A stretch of 64,000 bases of DNA, taken from positions 1,056,001 to 1,120,000 of the forward strand of contig CAVQHD010000001.1 in the NCBI GenBank assembly GCA_963712275.1, written 5' to 3'. Source of the stretch: an uncultured Rhabdochlamydiaceae bacterium. GTDB lineage: Bacteria; Chlamydiota; Chlamydiia; Chlamydiales; Rhabdochlamydiaceae. Below are positions 20,250-30,109 of this stretch, in pieces (the first letter of the stretch is position 1; each line of letters opens with the position of its first letter). The notes below the pieces were generated by a model. That model had not been told where the DNA came from, did no database searches, and saw only the letters and a program-made list of their open reading frames with translations. The position numbers and the translations under genes were made by a program.

Positions 20250-21628
20250 TGCCAGGTTTTCAGCCAGGTATCATACTCTGAGGGTCTGAGCCGGAATCGG
20301 GCAATATTTCCCTTGTGCAGGCTCATCAGCTCAGTTTCAACGATTTCAATAAATCTTGCCTGATTTTCCACTGATATAGCATCACAGGCCTTCTGTTTGA
20401 TTGCCGCCACTGCCGCTTGCTTATCCATGCATCCGCGAATAATCTCTCCAACCAGTGTGATGATGAAATTGCGATGCCGCAAACGAAAGAGGTCAGGTTC
20501 CCCAAGTTGTTGACGTGTTGCCGAGTAAAGAGAGCTGGAGCGCTCATATGCCCACACAAAGACTTCGCGGAGTAATTCAATACGGTTTAATTCATAGACG
20601 CCAAGAAGTCCGCTGATATAGACCTCTTCAGGCACGTCTACAAATGATAAAGGGCATAGGTTCCCACGAATCAGGGGAATATTGGCGGCAAGCCTTGATA
20701 CTCGCTTGTTAACATCCAGGAAAGGTTGTAAATAAGGCAACTGAACCATCACAAAAAAGGACTGCTCAAAAGGGTCTGTAATGGCGTCGGCTGTGTCTAA
20801 AATCTGTTGGAAGTATTCGTGAATTAATTGCGGGACTGCTAGCGGTCGATACACCGATTTAGCTATGCCCACTGGTTGCAAGCGAAGGCTGCCGCAGGCT
20901 TTCTGGTCGCGCAGTAAATTGTCTGATAAAAGAGCATGCAAACTTAAAATAGTAAAACTATTAAATCGGATCTGCTCAGCCGACTCTACCATAAATTCAA
21001 TAGCGGCCTTGTGGTTTAGGATCATCTGAGCTTCCATGCTATCCTTCCCTTCCGGAGCTTCCCCTAATTCCAACAAACGTTCCGTTTCGAGCAGCGAATA
21101 GGTATTTCCTTCTAATCGGCTTGAATTCCATGACAAATCGATCAGTAGGCGATTTAATATTTGCCTGGCATAGGTTCCTGCTGGACGTTCGGCATCTGGA
21201 GATTTTCCGATTTCAAATAAATGGTTCCGGGTCTTTTCAGAAAGATAGTAGGTCTCATTAGGGCGATAGTTGTTGAGAAATTCTCGATGATACCCAACCG
21301 GGCGGCGCGCTTGGATGGGCTCGTGGACATTTGCTTGAATAGACAAAGCGGTTGATGATAGTGGGATACTGGTTAGGGGAGCATCTTTCATTGAAAAAAT
21401 AACAGGTTCTGTATCTGTAATGGGCAAGAGATAGCGTCTGGAGCGAGCTTTGCCCAAGGCGTTTAGGCGGGCTTCCATCACCAAAAAAGCTAAATACCGT
21501 TGCAAGGAGCGCCTGGGCAAGGGTGAGGTCAGTGTTCTTAAAATATTTTCTACAGAAGCTCCCTGAGGAAAACGGCTTACTATTTGCAAAATGGTATCAA
21601 AGATTTTATCAGAAACGTGCTTTACCAT
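20246..21628 (-). CDS. Fic-domain protein with N-terminal winged HTH
   Basis: SWNSSRLEGN (inhibitory-helix motif), non-canonical Fic loop QPFLDVNKRVSR, N-terminal RRSLQRYL..GKARSRRY wHTH pattern. Confidence 0.85.
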   Translation of the reverse strand: MVKHVSDKIFDTILQIVSRFPQGASVENILRTLTSPLPRRSLQRYLAFLVMEARLNALGKARSRRYLLPITDTEPVIFSMKDAPLTSIPLSSTALSIQANVHEPIQARRPVGYHREFLNNYRPNETYYLSEKTRNHLFEIGKSPDAERPAGTYARQILNRLLIDLSWNSSRLEGNTYSLLETERLLELGEAPEGKDSMEAQMILNHKAAIEFMVESAEQIRFNSFTILSLHALLSDNLLRDQKACGSLRLQPVGIAKSVYRPLAVPQLIHEYFQQILDTADAITDPFEQSFFVMVQLPYLQPFLDVNKRVSRLAANIPLIRGNLCPLSFVDVPEEVYISGLLGVYELNRIELLREVFVWAYERSSSLYSATRQQLGEPDLFRLRHRNFIITLVGEIIRGCMDKQAAVAAIKQKACDAISVENQARFIEIVETELMSLHKGNIARFRLRPSEYDTWLKTWH

Positions 21629-21650
21629 CGATTTTCTCTCCTAATCAAGA

Positions 21651-21734
21651 GGCGCGATTCTTCTAATCGCGCCATTTGAAGAGCATTATACGCGAGTTTT
21701 GATTAATCGCGCCACTTTTAGTGGCGCGATTAAT
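21651..21734 (-). promoter_or_regulatory. Promoter of the fic gene with two palindromic operators
   Basis: TATAAT on the minus strand at 21685-21690, flanked by GGCGCGATT-N5-AATCGCGCC (21651-21673) and ATTAATCGCGCCACT-TTT-AGTGGCGCGATTAAT (21702-21734). Confidence 0.7.
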
Positions 21735-21757
21735 GTGGTTTTTGTAAAGCATTTTTT

Positions 21758-22831
21758 TTAATGCAAAATTGCGTTGTGGGCATTCACCAGTTCTGATGGA
21801 TCAATGGCAACATATTTGATTTGGGTGCGATTGAAGGTGTAGGTGATGTGAATCCAATTGTCTTTTGTCTGAATGATGCTGGGATAAGAATATTCACCTG
21901 GAGCGTCTTCGAGAACAAGAAAAGAGTGCCAATGCAGTCCACCATCGTCTGAAAGGGCGAGATTAAGAGGTGTCCGTTCTTTAGAAGAATGATTATAAAC
22001 CAGGAGAATTTGCCCATTATGCAGTCGGATGGCGTCAATGGCTGAATTAGGGTTAGGAAGGGTGGTTGCAGCAGCATTTGTCCATGTCTTTCCTTCGTCT
22101 TCTGAAATGGATGTACAGATATATCCTACATTGTGAGAGCGAGCCAAAAGGCGAAGCTTCCCTTCAGGAGTGAAAAACAGCGTCGGTTGAATGATTCCAA
22201 AAACATTATCTTTCAGGTTGATTGAATAACTCTTACTCCACGTCTTGCCTTGATCTGCAGTCATATCAATCCAGCAACCCCATCTATGCCATGATTCGAT
22301 CGATGAACCGCAAAGGAGCGTTCCATTGTCAAGTAGAAGAGGCTTATTTTTCACAGGGCCAATAATGCCTGCAGGCAGATTTTCTACTGAAGACCAGTTT
22401 TTTCCTTCATCATAGGATCGTTTAATTGCGCCTGACCAAGAAGAAGGGCGGAGGCCGACTTTATAAAAAAGAAGAACCTCTCCTGAGGGAAGGGTAAATA
22501 ATACGGGATTCCAGCAAGGAGCTTCACTTTCTTTTACAATGAGACAAGGAGTGCTCCATCCTTTCGATGTTCGAACTGAGAGCCAAATTCCCACATCTAT
22601 TGCCCCTTCTTCACTCCCTGCGAAGTAAGCACATAAAAGCGTTCCCGAGGATGTTTGTGTCAATGTAGAAGCATGGCAAGAGGCAAAGGGAGGATTTTCA
22701 AAGACAAACTCTTCCAAAATCTCAGCCGAGAGACAGGAGAAAAGAGAACAAAAGAAAAAGGTCCATTTACACCAACTCAAAGAAAAGATACTGAGTTGAT
22801 GGCGTAATTTTTTTAATGAGGCTTCCAACAT
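21758..22831 (-). CDS. BNR/Asp-box sialidase-like protein (BNR_2)
   Basis: CHASTL, WNPVLF, Asp boxes SYDEGKNW, TADQGKTW, SEDEGKTW, SDDGGLHW; LPNPNS, EYSYPS. Confidence 0.85.
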   Translation of the reverse strand: MLEASLKKLRHQLSIFSLSWCKWTFFFCSLFSCLSAEILEEFVFENPPFASCHASTLTQTSSGTLLCAYFAGSEEGAIDVGIWLSVRTSKGWSTPCLIVKESEAPCWNPVLFTLPSGEVLLFYKVGLRPSSWSGAIKRSYDEGKNWSSVENLPAGIIGPVKNKPLLLDNGTLLCGSSIESWHRWGCWIDMTADQGKTWSKSYSINLKDNVFGIIQPTLFFTPEGKLRLLARSHNVGYICTSISEDEGKTWTNAAATTLPNPNSAIDAIRLHNGQILLVYNHSSKERTPLNLALSDDGGLHWHSFLVLEDAPGEYSYPSIIQTKDNWIHITYTFNRTQIKYVAIDPSELVNAHNAILH

Positions 22832-23048
22832 ATTCCCTCTCTGCTAAGCGACCAAACCTACTTTAAAAACGCTCAAAAAGCAAAGCATTTTTCTTCGACT
22901 TGCTATACTGCGGTCGGCATGAAACAATGAGATGACAGGCAAAGCAAGGGAGATGCCAATCGTTAACTACTTGCACCGCCACTTTTTCTCCTGTGATCGG
23001 TTTGTCGGCGCCGACAAAGTGATGGCTTGGATGATTTCCAGAAGGAAC

Positions 23049-24026
23049 TCAAACAATGATGCCGTGCTGCTTAAACCAATCGAAGGTGTCTCGCAAGGTA
23101 TCTGTCAGGGGGCGGGGGTAGAAATCGAGTTCGCGACGGGCTTTAAGGGAGCTGATATTGCGGTTGCATCGGAGGAGGACTTCAAGGGTTTCATGCGTGT
23201 AGAGCATTGGGGTGTGAGTTAAACGGCTCATCACTTTTGCAATTGGCACGCTCATTTTTGCAAGCCAGTGAGGGGAAGTGAACTTGGGAGGCTGTACTCC
23301 TGTTGTGTCTTGTACAAGGGAAGCCAGATCTTTGATCGGTTTCCACATGCCGGAAATCACGTACCGCTCGCCGGGTTTTCCACGTTCCATGGCTGCAATG
23401 GCGGCTTTTGCAATATCTCGAACATCCACCCAATCGAATCCTCCATCAATTAAGGAGGGAAGTTTTCGATTGTAGAGAGCCAAAAGCCCTTGCCCTAGAA
23501 GGGAAGGTTGAAAATCATAAGGTCCAATTGCCGCGGTCGGAATTAAGATGACGGCATCGAGTCCTTGGGCAACTCCTTTCAGGACCTCTTTTTCAGCATC
23601 CGATTTTGCCAGATCGTGCACAAAACCTTTGGGGCCTACAAGAGGGCGGCTTTCATCTAAGAGTCCTTCGGGGGATTGTTCAATGGCGTGAATGGAGCTA
23701 AAATAAATCAGCCGCTGGACACCAGTTACAAGACAAGCTTCAACCACATTTTTGGTTCCTGTGACATTCACAGTGCGGACCATCCCGTCTTTATCTCCAT
23801 CAATAGAAATTTTTCCTGCCGCGTGAAAAACGGTGTTGCAGCCGGTTAAAAAGGATCGTAAGCTCTTAGGATGGAGAATATCTCCCTTCTTTTTTTCAAG
23901 ATTCAAGCCTTCAATTGAAAGATCATTTTGATGAACAAGAGCCTTCACCTGGTATCCTCGCTCAAGAAGCGTGCGGCAGAGGTTATTTCCGATGTGCCCC
24001 GAGGCGCCAATCACTGCAATAGGCAT
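23049..24026 (-). CDS. NAD-dependent epimerase/dehydratase (dihydroflavonol-reductase-like extended SDR)
   Basis: GASGHIG, VFHAAG, NVTGTKNV, FDWVDVRDIA; the YxxxK position reads HDLAK. Confidence 0.85.
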   Translation of the reverse strand: MPIAVIGASGHIGNNLCRTLLERGYQVKALVHQNDLSIEGLNLEKKKGDILHPKSLRSFLTGCNTVFHAAGKISIDGDKDGMVRTVNVTGTKNVVEACLVTGVQRLIYFSSIHAIEQSPEGLLDESRPLVGPKGFVHDLAKSDAEKEVLKGVAQGLDAVILIPTAAIGPYDFQPSLLGQGLLALYNRKLPSLIDGGFDWVDVRDIAKAAIAAMERGKPGERYVISGMWKPIKDLASLVQDTTGVQPPKFTSPHWLAKMSVPIAKVMSRLTHTPMLYTHETLEVLLRCNRNISSLKARRELDFYPRPLTDTLRDTFDWFKQHGIIV

Positions 24027-24208
24027 CAGCTACCCCAAAGACGGGCCATTAAAAAAAGAAGTTTTCCCATGTACCTTTTACTGTAGAGCGAAAAGAAAAA
24101 AAATACAAGACGGTACCTTTCAAAAATTGAATACATACTGAATGTGAACTCAAGGAAAAAGATTGCGAAAAAACGGTTTTTTCAAGTATGGTGCTTGCTT
24201 ATTTGTTT

Positions 24209-24281
24209 GGGGGTTTAGCTCAGTTGGTAGAGCATCTGATTTGCATTCAGAGGGTCAGGAGTTCGAGTCTCCTAACCTCCA
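24209..24281 (+). tRNA. tRNA-Ala (TGC)
   Basis: Acceptor stem GGGGGTT/AACCTCC with G3:U70, anticodon arm TCTGA-TTTGCAT-TCAGA, TTCGA T-loop; CCA not encoded. Confidence 0.97.
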
Positions 24282-24294
24282 TAATATGGTTTAG

Positions 24295-24368
24295 GCGGTT
24301 ATAGCTCAGTTGGTTAGAGCGCGACACTGATAATGTCGAGGTCCCTAGTTCAAATCTAGGTAGCCGCA
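24295..24368 (+). tRNA. tRNA-Ile (GAT)
   Basis: Acceptor stem GCGGTTA/TAGCCGC, anticodon arm CGACA-CTGATAA-TGTCG, TTCAA T-loop; CCA not encoded. Confidence 0.97.
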
Positions 24369-24392
24369 TTTTTTCCCTGAACCCTCTGTCTT

Positions 24393-27300
24393 TTAAAGAA
24401 GCGAGCGGGATTGGCCATGACCATGATACATGGAAGCAAGGGTTGATGCTTTGCTTTGTTTGTTCTGTGAGGGATAGTCTCGTAATTTCTGGATAGCTTG
24501 GCCAAGCGGCTTCAGTTCAGCGTAATTCTCATCCTCTAGGACATCTAAGAAGTCCTGTACATTGAACATTGGATCGGTCTTTTCAAGGAATTGTATATAA
24601 GAATCTGCTGTTAGGGCAATTACCGTTTTCCCTTCATCTGTTTCAGCGCAATTAAACTGTTGTACAAAGTTTCCTAGGAGCCCGTCAACCTCTGTTCTCG
24701 TATCATCAGCTAAAAAGGTATCAAACTTTGTCGATAAAATAGTCCAGTGATATTCAAGCCGTTTTTGTACAGCTTCTATTAAGTGCTTGCCCTTATCAGG
24801 TGTCCACTTTGCTGCACTCTCCAGATTGATTTGTAGATTGTTCATGAATGCTTGAAAGTTAATTTCGCGCACGTTCGATAGAACGTCTTCGGAGGGAACT
24901 ATTTGTAATAAAGAGTCGTCAATTGCTGCTGTTTTTGGTTGGAAAGGAGAAATAGCCATCAATGTTGTTGTCCATTCAGTCTCACTCTTTTTAGTAATTT
25001 TGAAGCTGTAGGAATATTTAAAAGTAAGTGAGGAAATTGTAGCCTCTTCATCGACTTTTAACCAGAAAAAGGAATCATCTCCTTCCTGGAGTGTGAAGGT
25101 GCGCGAACAGTTAAAAGGCTTGTCCCCTGAACATGCGTCCCAAATAGGACCTAAAAGAAAAGAAAGAGAAGTGAATTGGGCTAGTGCTTCTTGGACGGGA
25201 AAAGGAATTCCTTCAGTCGTTTTAAAGACAGAGAGTTCTTTTTGGAGGGTTGGAACAAATTGTGTTTTATCAGAGAGACGAGGAAAATCGTATGATTTGT
25301 TTTGACCTTGAATGACATAGCTAGTGCGAGGGAAATCTTTTCGAAAGTCCCTTGTTTTTTGAAAATCTTTATCTCCTTCGAGCCCATCTCGGATCAATGT
25401 GTCGGCATAGTTGTCAGAAGGCCAGGAGAAATGGCTTTTCTCCACCATGCTCCATACGGTCTCTTCGTTAAAGTGATTGAGGTATTTAAATAGCTGTACG
25501 GGAGAGTTTTTTGCAGCATCGAGGAGCTGTTTCATGGTTGAGGGGAGAGATCCTTTCGATTGGTAGAGCATTTGAAGCGAAACCCAGTTATTCGCAATCT
25601 CTTGAAGAATCTTTTTTTGATCGTCATTTAATGAGGTTGGTTCTCCTGATTTAACAAATCTAATCAGCGCTTTCTTTTGACTGGAATCCAGGGTTTCGAT
25701 TTTGTCAAAAAGAATCTGAAGAGAAGGGGCGATTTGGGTAGGATGATTTGTTTTGCAAAAGCTTCTCTCTTGCATTGTCTCTGACTTGCGGTCGAGCCAC
25801 TTTGCGCGGGTCCCTGAGCGGAAGGGTAAGATCAAAAGAGTTAAAAAGAGGTATTTCCACACTTCCCAGGCATGTTCTTTATATTTGACATAGAGAATTG
25901 CCAAAACTATGGGAAAGAGAGCGACATAAAGAGTTGTCACTACAAGAGAAAAAATGGAAAGGGCAAGCCCGGTGGCAATCCGTTGCAAAAGGGAAGGGGA
26001 ATAAACATTTCGGCTGGTTAATACGCTGGTCGGAAGGGTGTGCTCAAAGAGAGAATGTCGATAGTCGTACCCTCGGTTTTGCGTATACAGTTTTCCCCCC
26101 AATTCTCCGGAAAACCCAACTCCTTGGTCTGTCATGGGGAGATTTTCGAAGAAAGCAGCCTCTGAGAGTTCTCGAAAGGCACTATCTTTGAAAAATAATC
26201 TAGGGTCTTGAGGAACATCCTTTTTTCCCTTCCACTGCTCTAATGTCAGCCACTGATGAATCGCTTTTTTAATCGCGACAATCGGCGCTGTTCGATCTTT
26301 TGAGCTCTTGCAATGGGCGTGGTAGGGGATTTTCAAGAGTTCGCAAATATAGGCTCGGAGAATCAGTTGATCGCGAGCAGAGGGGCGGTCATTTTTAAGG
26401 GCATTCAGGCAAAATTCAATGGCCTTTTTGTGAGAGGATGGTAAAGACGCCTCTCGGTTTCTGAAAATAGCTTCGAGTGTATTGACTCCTTGATGAAAAA
26501 GCTCTTGCGCAATGTCAGCTCCTGTGGAGCTCCACCCACCCCATTGGGGAAAATAGGAGTTGTAATTGGTCTGAGTAGAAAAATAGATAGGCTGTAATTT
26601 TAGTTGTACCCTTGATCCATCTACGAGAGTGGCTACTTTGATTTGCCCTGTCAGATCTGCAAGAGTTTCTTTTTCTTGAAGGAGAAACTTCCGTTCGCTG
26701 ACAGCAATCGGGGCTGCACTGACCATATTTTCAACGACAAAAGGGTAAAGATAGGTGCCATCTTCTTGAGGGATTAAATCTGTCTTAGTTAATTGACCTG
26801 AAGAGCATGTTTTGTCCACAAGGCAATTGATGACTTGGTGGGCTTTTCGAGGAGATTCTATCCGTCCTGCAGAGTAGATGACATGCCCTTTTTGATTGAG
26901 GTTGAGGCGCGCATTTTGAACATCGGGATGATCGCGATCATAGGATGAAGGGATGGTTTGGGTGAGGGCAATTGTATTGCCGTTATGGTCTTTATAGGCT
27001 TTCCCATCGGCCAGTTGAGGGGGACGGATATAAGTCATCTTCCCTTTTGTCAGGTCTTGCAGCTCTTTCCGCATGTCCATCACTGCACCAAACAATAAAT
27101 TTATAAGAAGGGGAGATTTAGTTACGTGAAAAACGCATACGTATAAAAGCGTTCCATCATGTATTCCCTGGTCAGAAAAAACAAAGTCTGCAAGGGGGGC
27201 TAGATCGATATTGGCATTTCCTACGATCTTCTTCAAGCGGCTCATAACGATGTCGTAAAGCCCTAGACTTTTGGCGAGGGGAACTTTCATATCCAAAGAG

Positions 27301-27569
27301 CTTTCTTGATCGGGGCGATTCATTAAGCTGTAAGCGACTTGAACTCGAATTTTACTCTTTTTTTTGGGAGAGAGGGAGGCCCACTGATCTCGATAACGTT
27401 CATGGACAATCTGGTCGACTAAATGGTGGAGGCTGTCATAGGGACGTGCTTGTGCTGCAATCGGTTCTAGCAGGTAGGCATTTAGAGGTTTGACAGGGGC
27501 AAGGTGGAGGTTGTACGTCGGTTCACGATAAGAAGTCACTCCCTGATTGTTTGTATTATTTGTTGTCAT
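24393..27569 (-). CDS. Large putative effector: CX5R phosphoinositide-phosphatase domain plus a transmembrane hairpin
   Basis: HCKSSKDRT motif at 26289-26315; long hydrophobic segment IATGLALSIFSLVVTTLYVALFPIVLAILYV then YLFLTLLILPF; N/T-rich disordered N-terminus. Confidence 0.7.
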   Translation of the reverse strand: MTTNNTNNQGVTSYREPTYNLHLAPVKPLNAYLLEPIAAQARPYDSLHHLVDQIVHERYRDQWASLSPKKKSKIRVQVAYSLMNRPDQESSLDMKVPLAKSLGLYDIVMSRLKKIVGNANIDLAPLADFVFSDQGIHDGTLLYVCVFHVTKSPLLINLLFGAVMDMRKELQDLTKGKMTYIRPPQLADGKAYKDHNGNTIALTQTIPSSYDRDHPDVQNARLNLNQKGHVIYSAGRIESPRKAHQVINCLVDKTCSSGQLTKTDLIPQEDGTYLYPFVVENMVSAAPIAVSERKFLLQEKETLADLTGQIKVATLVDGSRVQLKLQPIYFSTQTNYNSYFPQWGGWSSTGADIAQELFHQGVNTLEAIFRNREASLPSSHKKAIEFCLNALKNDRPSARDQLILRAYICELLKIPYHAHCKSSKDRTAPIVAIKKAIHQWLTLEQWKGKKDVPQDPRLFFKDSAFRELSEAAFFENLPMTDQGVGFSGELGGKLYTQNRGYDYRHSLFEHTLPTSVLTSRNVYSPSLLQRIATGLALSIFSLVVTTLYVALFPIVLAILYVKYKEHAWEVWKYLFLTLLILPFRSGTRAKWLDRKSETMQERSFCKTNHPTQIAPSLQILFDKIETLDSSQKKALIRFVKSGEPTSLNDDQKKILQEIANNWVSLQMLYQSKGSLPSTMKQLLDAAKNSPVQLFKYLNHFNEETVWSMVEKSHFSWPSDNYADTLIRDGLEGDKDFQKTRDFRKDFPRTSYVIQGQNKSYDFPRLSDKTQFVPTLQKELSVFKTTEGIPFPVQEALAQFTSLSFLLGPIWDACSGDKPFNCSRTFTLQEGDDSFFWLKVDEEATISSLTFKYSYSFKITKKSETEWTTTLMAISPFQPKTAAIDDSLLQIVPSEDVLSNVREINFQAFMNNLQINLESAAKWTPDKGKHLIEAVQKRLEYHWTILSTKFDTFLADDTRTEVDGLLGNFVQQFNCAETDEGKTVIALTADSYIQFLEKTDPMFNVQDFLDVLEDENYAELKPLGQAIQKLRDYPSQNKQSKASTLASMYHGHGQSRSLL

Positions 27570-27685
27570 ATTATTAATAATTTTATTATAAAAATAATTA
27601 AATTGGAATAGCTATTTTTTTTGGCTTAATTTAGAAATACTCATTCTTAATGAGTTATATCGTTAAGAAAGAAAGGAACTTACAG

Positions 27686-28669
27686 ATGTCTATGAAAATC
27701 AGAAGGATAGCGGTTACAGGGGCTTCAGGTCAAATTGCCTATAGTCTTCTTTTCCAGCTTGCGGCTGGGGGGTTATTTGGGCCAGAGCAGCCGATCAGCC
27801 TTCACTTGCTGGAGGTACTCCAGGCGCTAGAGTCCCTCAAAGGGGTGGAGATGGAGCTTCAAGACTGTGCCTTTCCGCTCCTGCAAGAGGTTCGCTCTGG
27901 GAGCGATCCGCATGCGGTTTTTGAGGGGGTCGATACGGTATTTTTAGTGGGGGCCAAACCTCGAGGACCGGGCATGGAGCGGAAGGATTTGCTCACCGAA
28001 AATGGACACATTTTTGTGGGACAGGGGAAGGCACTTGGGGAGGTTGCAGCCCGAGAGGCGATGGTCCTTGTGGTTGGAAATCCGTGCAATACCAATTGCC
28101 TGATTGCTAAGAAGCATGCCGCTTCCAGAATTCATTTTTTCTCAATGACACGTCTCGACCAAAATCGGGCTGTCGCTATGCTTGCTAAAAAAGCGGCTGT
28201 TGGGGTGGCAGATGTGAGTCATCTGGTTGTTTGGGGAAACCACTCTTCTACGCAGGTTCCCGATTTTTTAAATGCAAAAATCAAGGGAAAACGAGTTGTT
28301 GAAGTGATTCGTGATAGGTCGTGGCTTGAGACGATCTTTATCTCCGACGTGCAAAAAAGGGGAGCAGTTGTGATTGCAGCTCGAGGAAAATCATCTGCTG
28401 CGTCTGCGGCCCAGGCGGCGCTAGGTGCGATGAAATCGCTCCAAACTCCAACACCCCCGGGAGAGTGGTTTTCGATGGGGCTATCATCTGATGACAATTC
28501 GTATGGCATTGCACCCGGCATTATCTTCTCATTTCCTTGCAGGTCTGACGGAAAAGGGCGCATTGAAATCGTCAAAAATCTGGAGTGGGATCCATTTTTA
28601 AAGCAAAAAATCAAGCTCACAGAACAAGAGCTTTTAGAAGAAAGAGCGTTGGTGGGGCATTTACTATGA
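27686..28669 (+). CDS. mdh: Malate dehydrogenase
   Basis: [62 protein letters not shown] 27686 follows AAGGA. Confidence 0.96.
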   Translation: MSMKIRRIAVTGASGQIAYSLLFQLAAGGLFGPEQPISLHLLEVLQALESLKGVEMELQDCAFPLLQEVRSGSDPHAVFEGVDTVFLVGAKPRGPGMERKDLLTENGHIFVGQGKALGEVAAREAMVLVVGNPCNTNCLIAKKHAASRIHFFSMTRLDQNRAVAMLAKKAAVGVADVSHLVVWGNHSSTQVPDFLNAKIKGKRVVEVIRDRSWLETIFISDVQKRGAVVIAARGKSSAASAAQAALGAMKSLQTPTPPGEWFSMGLSSDDNSYGIAPGIIFSFPCRSDGKGRIEIVKNLEWDPFLKQKIKLTEQELLEERALVGHLL

Positions 28670-29865
28670 AGGAAGAGGTATTATTTCAGATTACAAAAGA
28701 TCAACTCGACACTGGTTTAAGAGGGTTTCCTGTCGGGTACTGTCCGACATCGACGGTTGATCCCCAAAAAGGGCTTTTTTATATGGGGCGCTCGATCACA
28801 GAGCTTGCAAGTTGGACGCCGGAAGAGGTGATCTATCTCCTCATGCATGGGAAAGCGGGTAGCTTAAAGGAGGTTCAGTCGTATTTCGCAAAGCTTAGCA
28901 AGCATGGAGCTCTTAAAAAAGAGACCGTTCAAGCCATTGAAAAGCTTCCTAAGCAGGGTCATTCCATGAAGCTTTTTTCAGCGGCGCTTCTGATTGCTGG
29001 GATGTTTGAAGGGGAGGGAGATTACAGGGTGGATTGTGAAAGGTTAATTGTCAAAATACCCTCGATTGCTGCCGTTGTGATTAATCACCATGCAGGATGG
29101 GGAGCTACTCCTGTGTCAAAGCCTGAGCTTGGATATATGGAAAATTTTGTCGCTATGCTTAATATGCCGGCGAAAAACCAATCTCAACTTGGCGAGGCTC
29201 TTCGGCTGTTTAATGTGCTGCATTACGACCATGGAGGGGGAAATCTTTCGACTTTTGTAGGGAAAGCGGTTGCCTCTGGTCTTGAAGAGATGTACGGCTC
29301 GATCAGTGCGGCGATGTGCGCCCTTGCTGGGCCCAGGCATGGGAGGGCAAGCCAAGACTGCCTTGAGTTTTTGCGTGAGGTGGCTCAAGAGGTAGGAGAG
29401 CACGGAGCAGCTACGCATGTCGAAAAATTTATCCGAGACCGGCTTAAGACAAATCAGCTGGTTTTTGGGTTTGGGCATGCGGTGCTTCGTGTGGAAGATC
29501 CCCGAGCAACCATCTTGTTTAACTATCTTGAAAAGCATTACCCTTCCCACCCTTTGGTAAAAATTGCTCTTTTTCTCCGCTCAGAAGGATCAAAAGTTTT
29601 GGCGGAAAACCCCAAGGTTTCCGATCCCCATCCAAATATTGATGCGATCTCTGGAACGCTTCTTGTCGCAGCAGGCTTTGATTATCCAGAGTATTTCACC
29701 ATTCTTTTCGGCCTTTCAAGGATTGTGGGCATTGCCCGCCAGATTGTCTATGAAAGATTAGAGGCACGCGGAGGTAGAGGAACCCCCATTGTCCGTCCAA
29801 AATATCTCTATAATGGGCCCGCTAGGGCACAGGAGCCTAAGACAGCTTCTAAGACAAATATTTGA
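28666..29865 (+). CDS. gltA: Citrate synthase
   Basis: DHGGGNLST, LAGPRHGRA, FGFGHAVLRVEDPR, PNIDAISG; ATGA overlap with the mdh stop. Confidence 0.93.
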   Translation: MKEEVLFQITKDQLDTGLRGFPVGYCPTSTVDPQKGLFYMGRSITELASWTPEEVIYLLMHGKAGSLKEVQSYFAKLSKHGALKKETVQAIEKLPKQGHSMKLFSAALLIAGMFEGEGDYRVDCERLIVKIPSIAAVVINHHAGWGATPVSKPELGYMENFVAMLNMPAKNQSQLGEALRLFNVLHYDHGGGNLSTFVGKAVASGLEEMYGSISAAMCALAGPRHGRASQDCLEFLREVAQEVGEHGAATHVEKFIRDRLKTNQLVFGFGHAVLRVEDPRATILFNYLEKHYPSHPLVKIALFLRSEGSKVLAENPKVSDPHPNIDAISGTLLVAAGFDYPEYFTILFGLSRIVGIARQIVYERLEARGGRGTPIVRPKYLYNGPARAQEPKTASKTNI

Positions 29866-30053
29866 AACCTCTGCTCACTCGTGCTTATTTCCATTTCTTC
29901 ACCACCGAGGCACGGAGAGGGATGAGATTGCACAGAGGAAAATTTCTTTCTCTGTGCAATCTCATCCCTCTCCGTGCCTCGGTGGTGAAGAAATGGAAAT
30001 AAGCATGAGTTGACAAAAGTTTTCGAATATTTGTTCTAATTTTCTATGCCCTG
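29823..30053. mobile_element. Palindromic element family A, copy 2 (overlaps the gltA 3' end)
   Basis: Perfect 56-bp arms 29882-29937 and 29950-30005; outer ends TAGGGCACAGG...TTCTATGCCCTG. Confidence 0.85.
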
Positions 30054-30109
30054 CTGGCTCTGCAACTGGTGCTTGAATTCAAACTTCTCTTTTGACACAC
30101 TTGTAACCG

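Noticed and set aside
22832..23048. 217-bp gap between the sialidase-like and epimerase genes as a possible sRNA or small gene
   Set aside because: No convincing structure or known motif; the 96-aa ORF at 22932 mostly overlaps the epimerase antisense.
24209..24368. tRNA-Ala and tRNA-Ile as an rRNA operon spacer
   Set aside because: No 16S or 23S sequence flanks them; both neighbours are protein-coding.
28585..28665. Longer gltA start
   Set aside because: It overlaps mdh; the ATGA coupling at 28666 is the better start.
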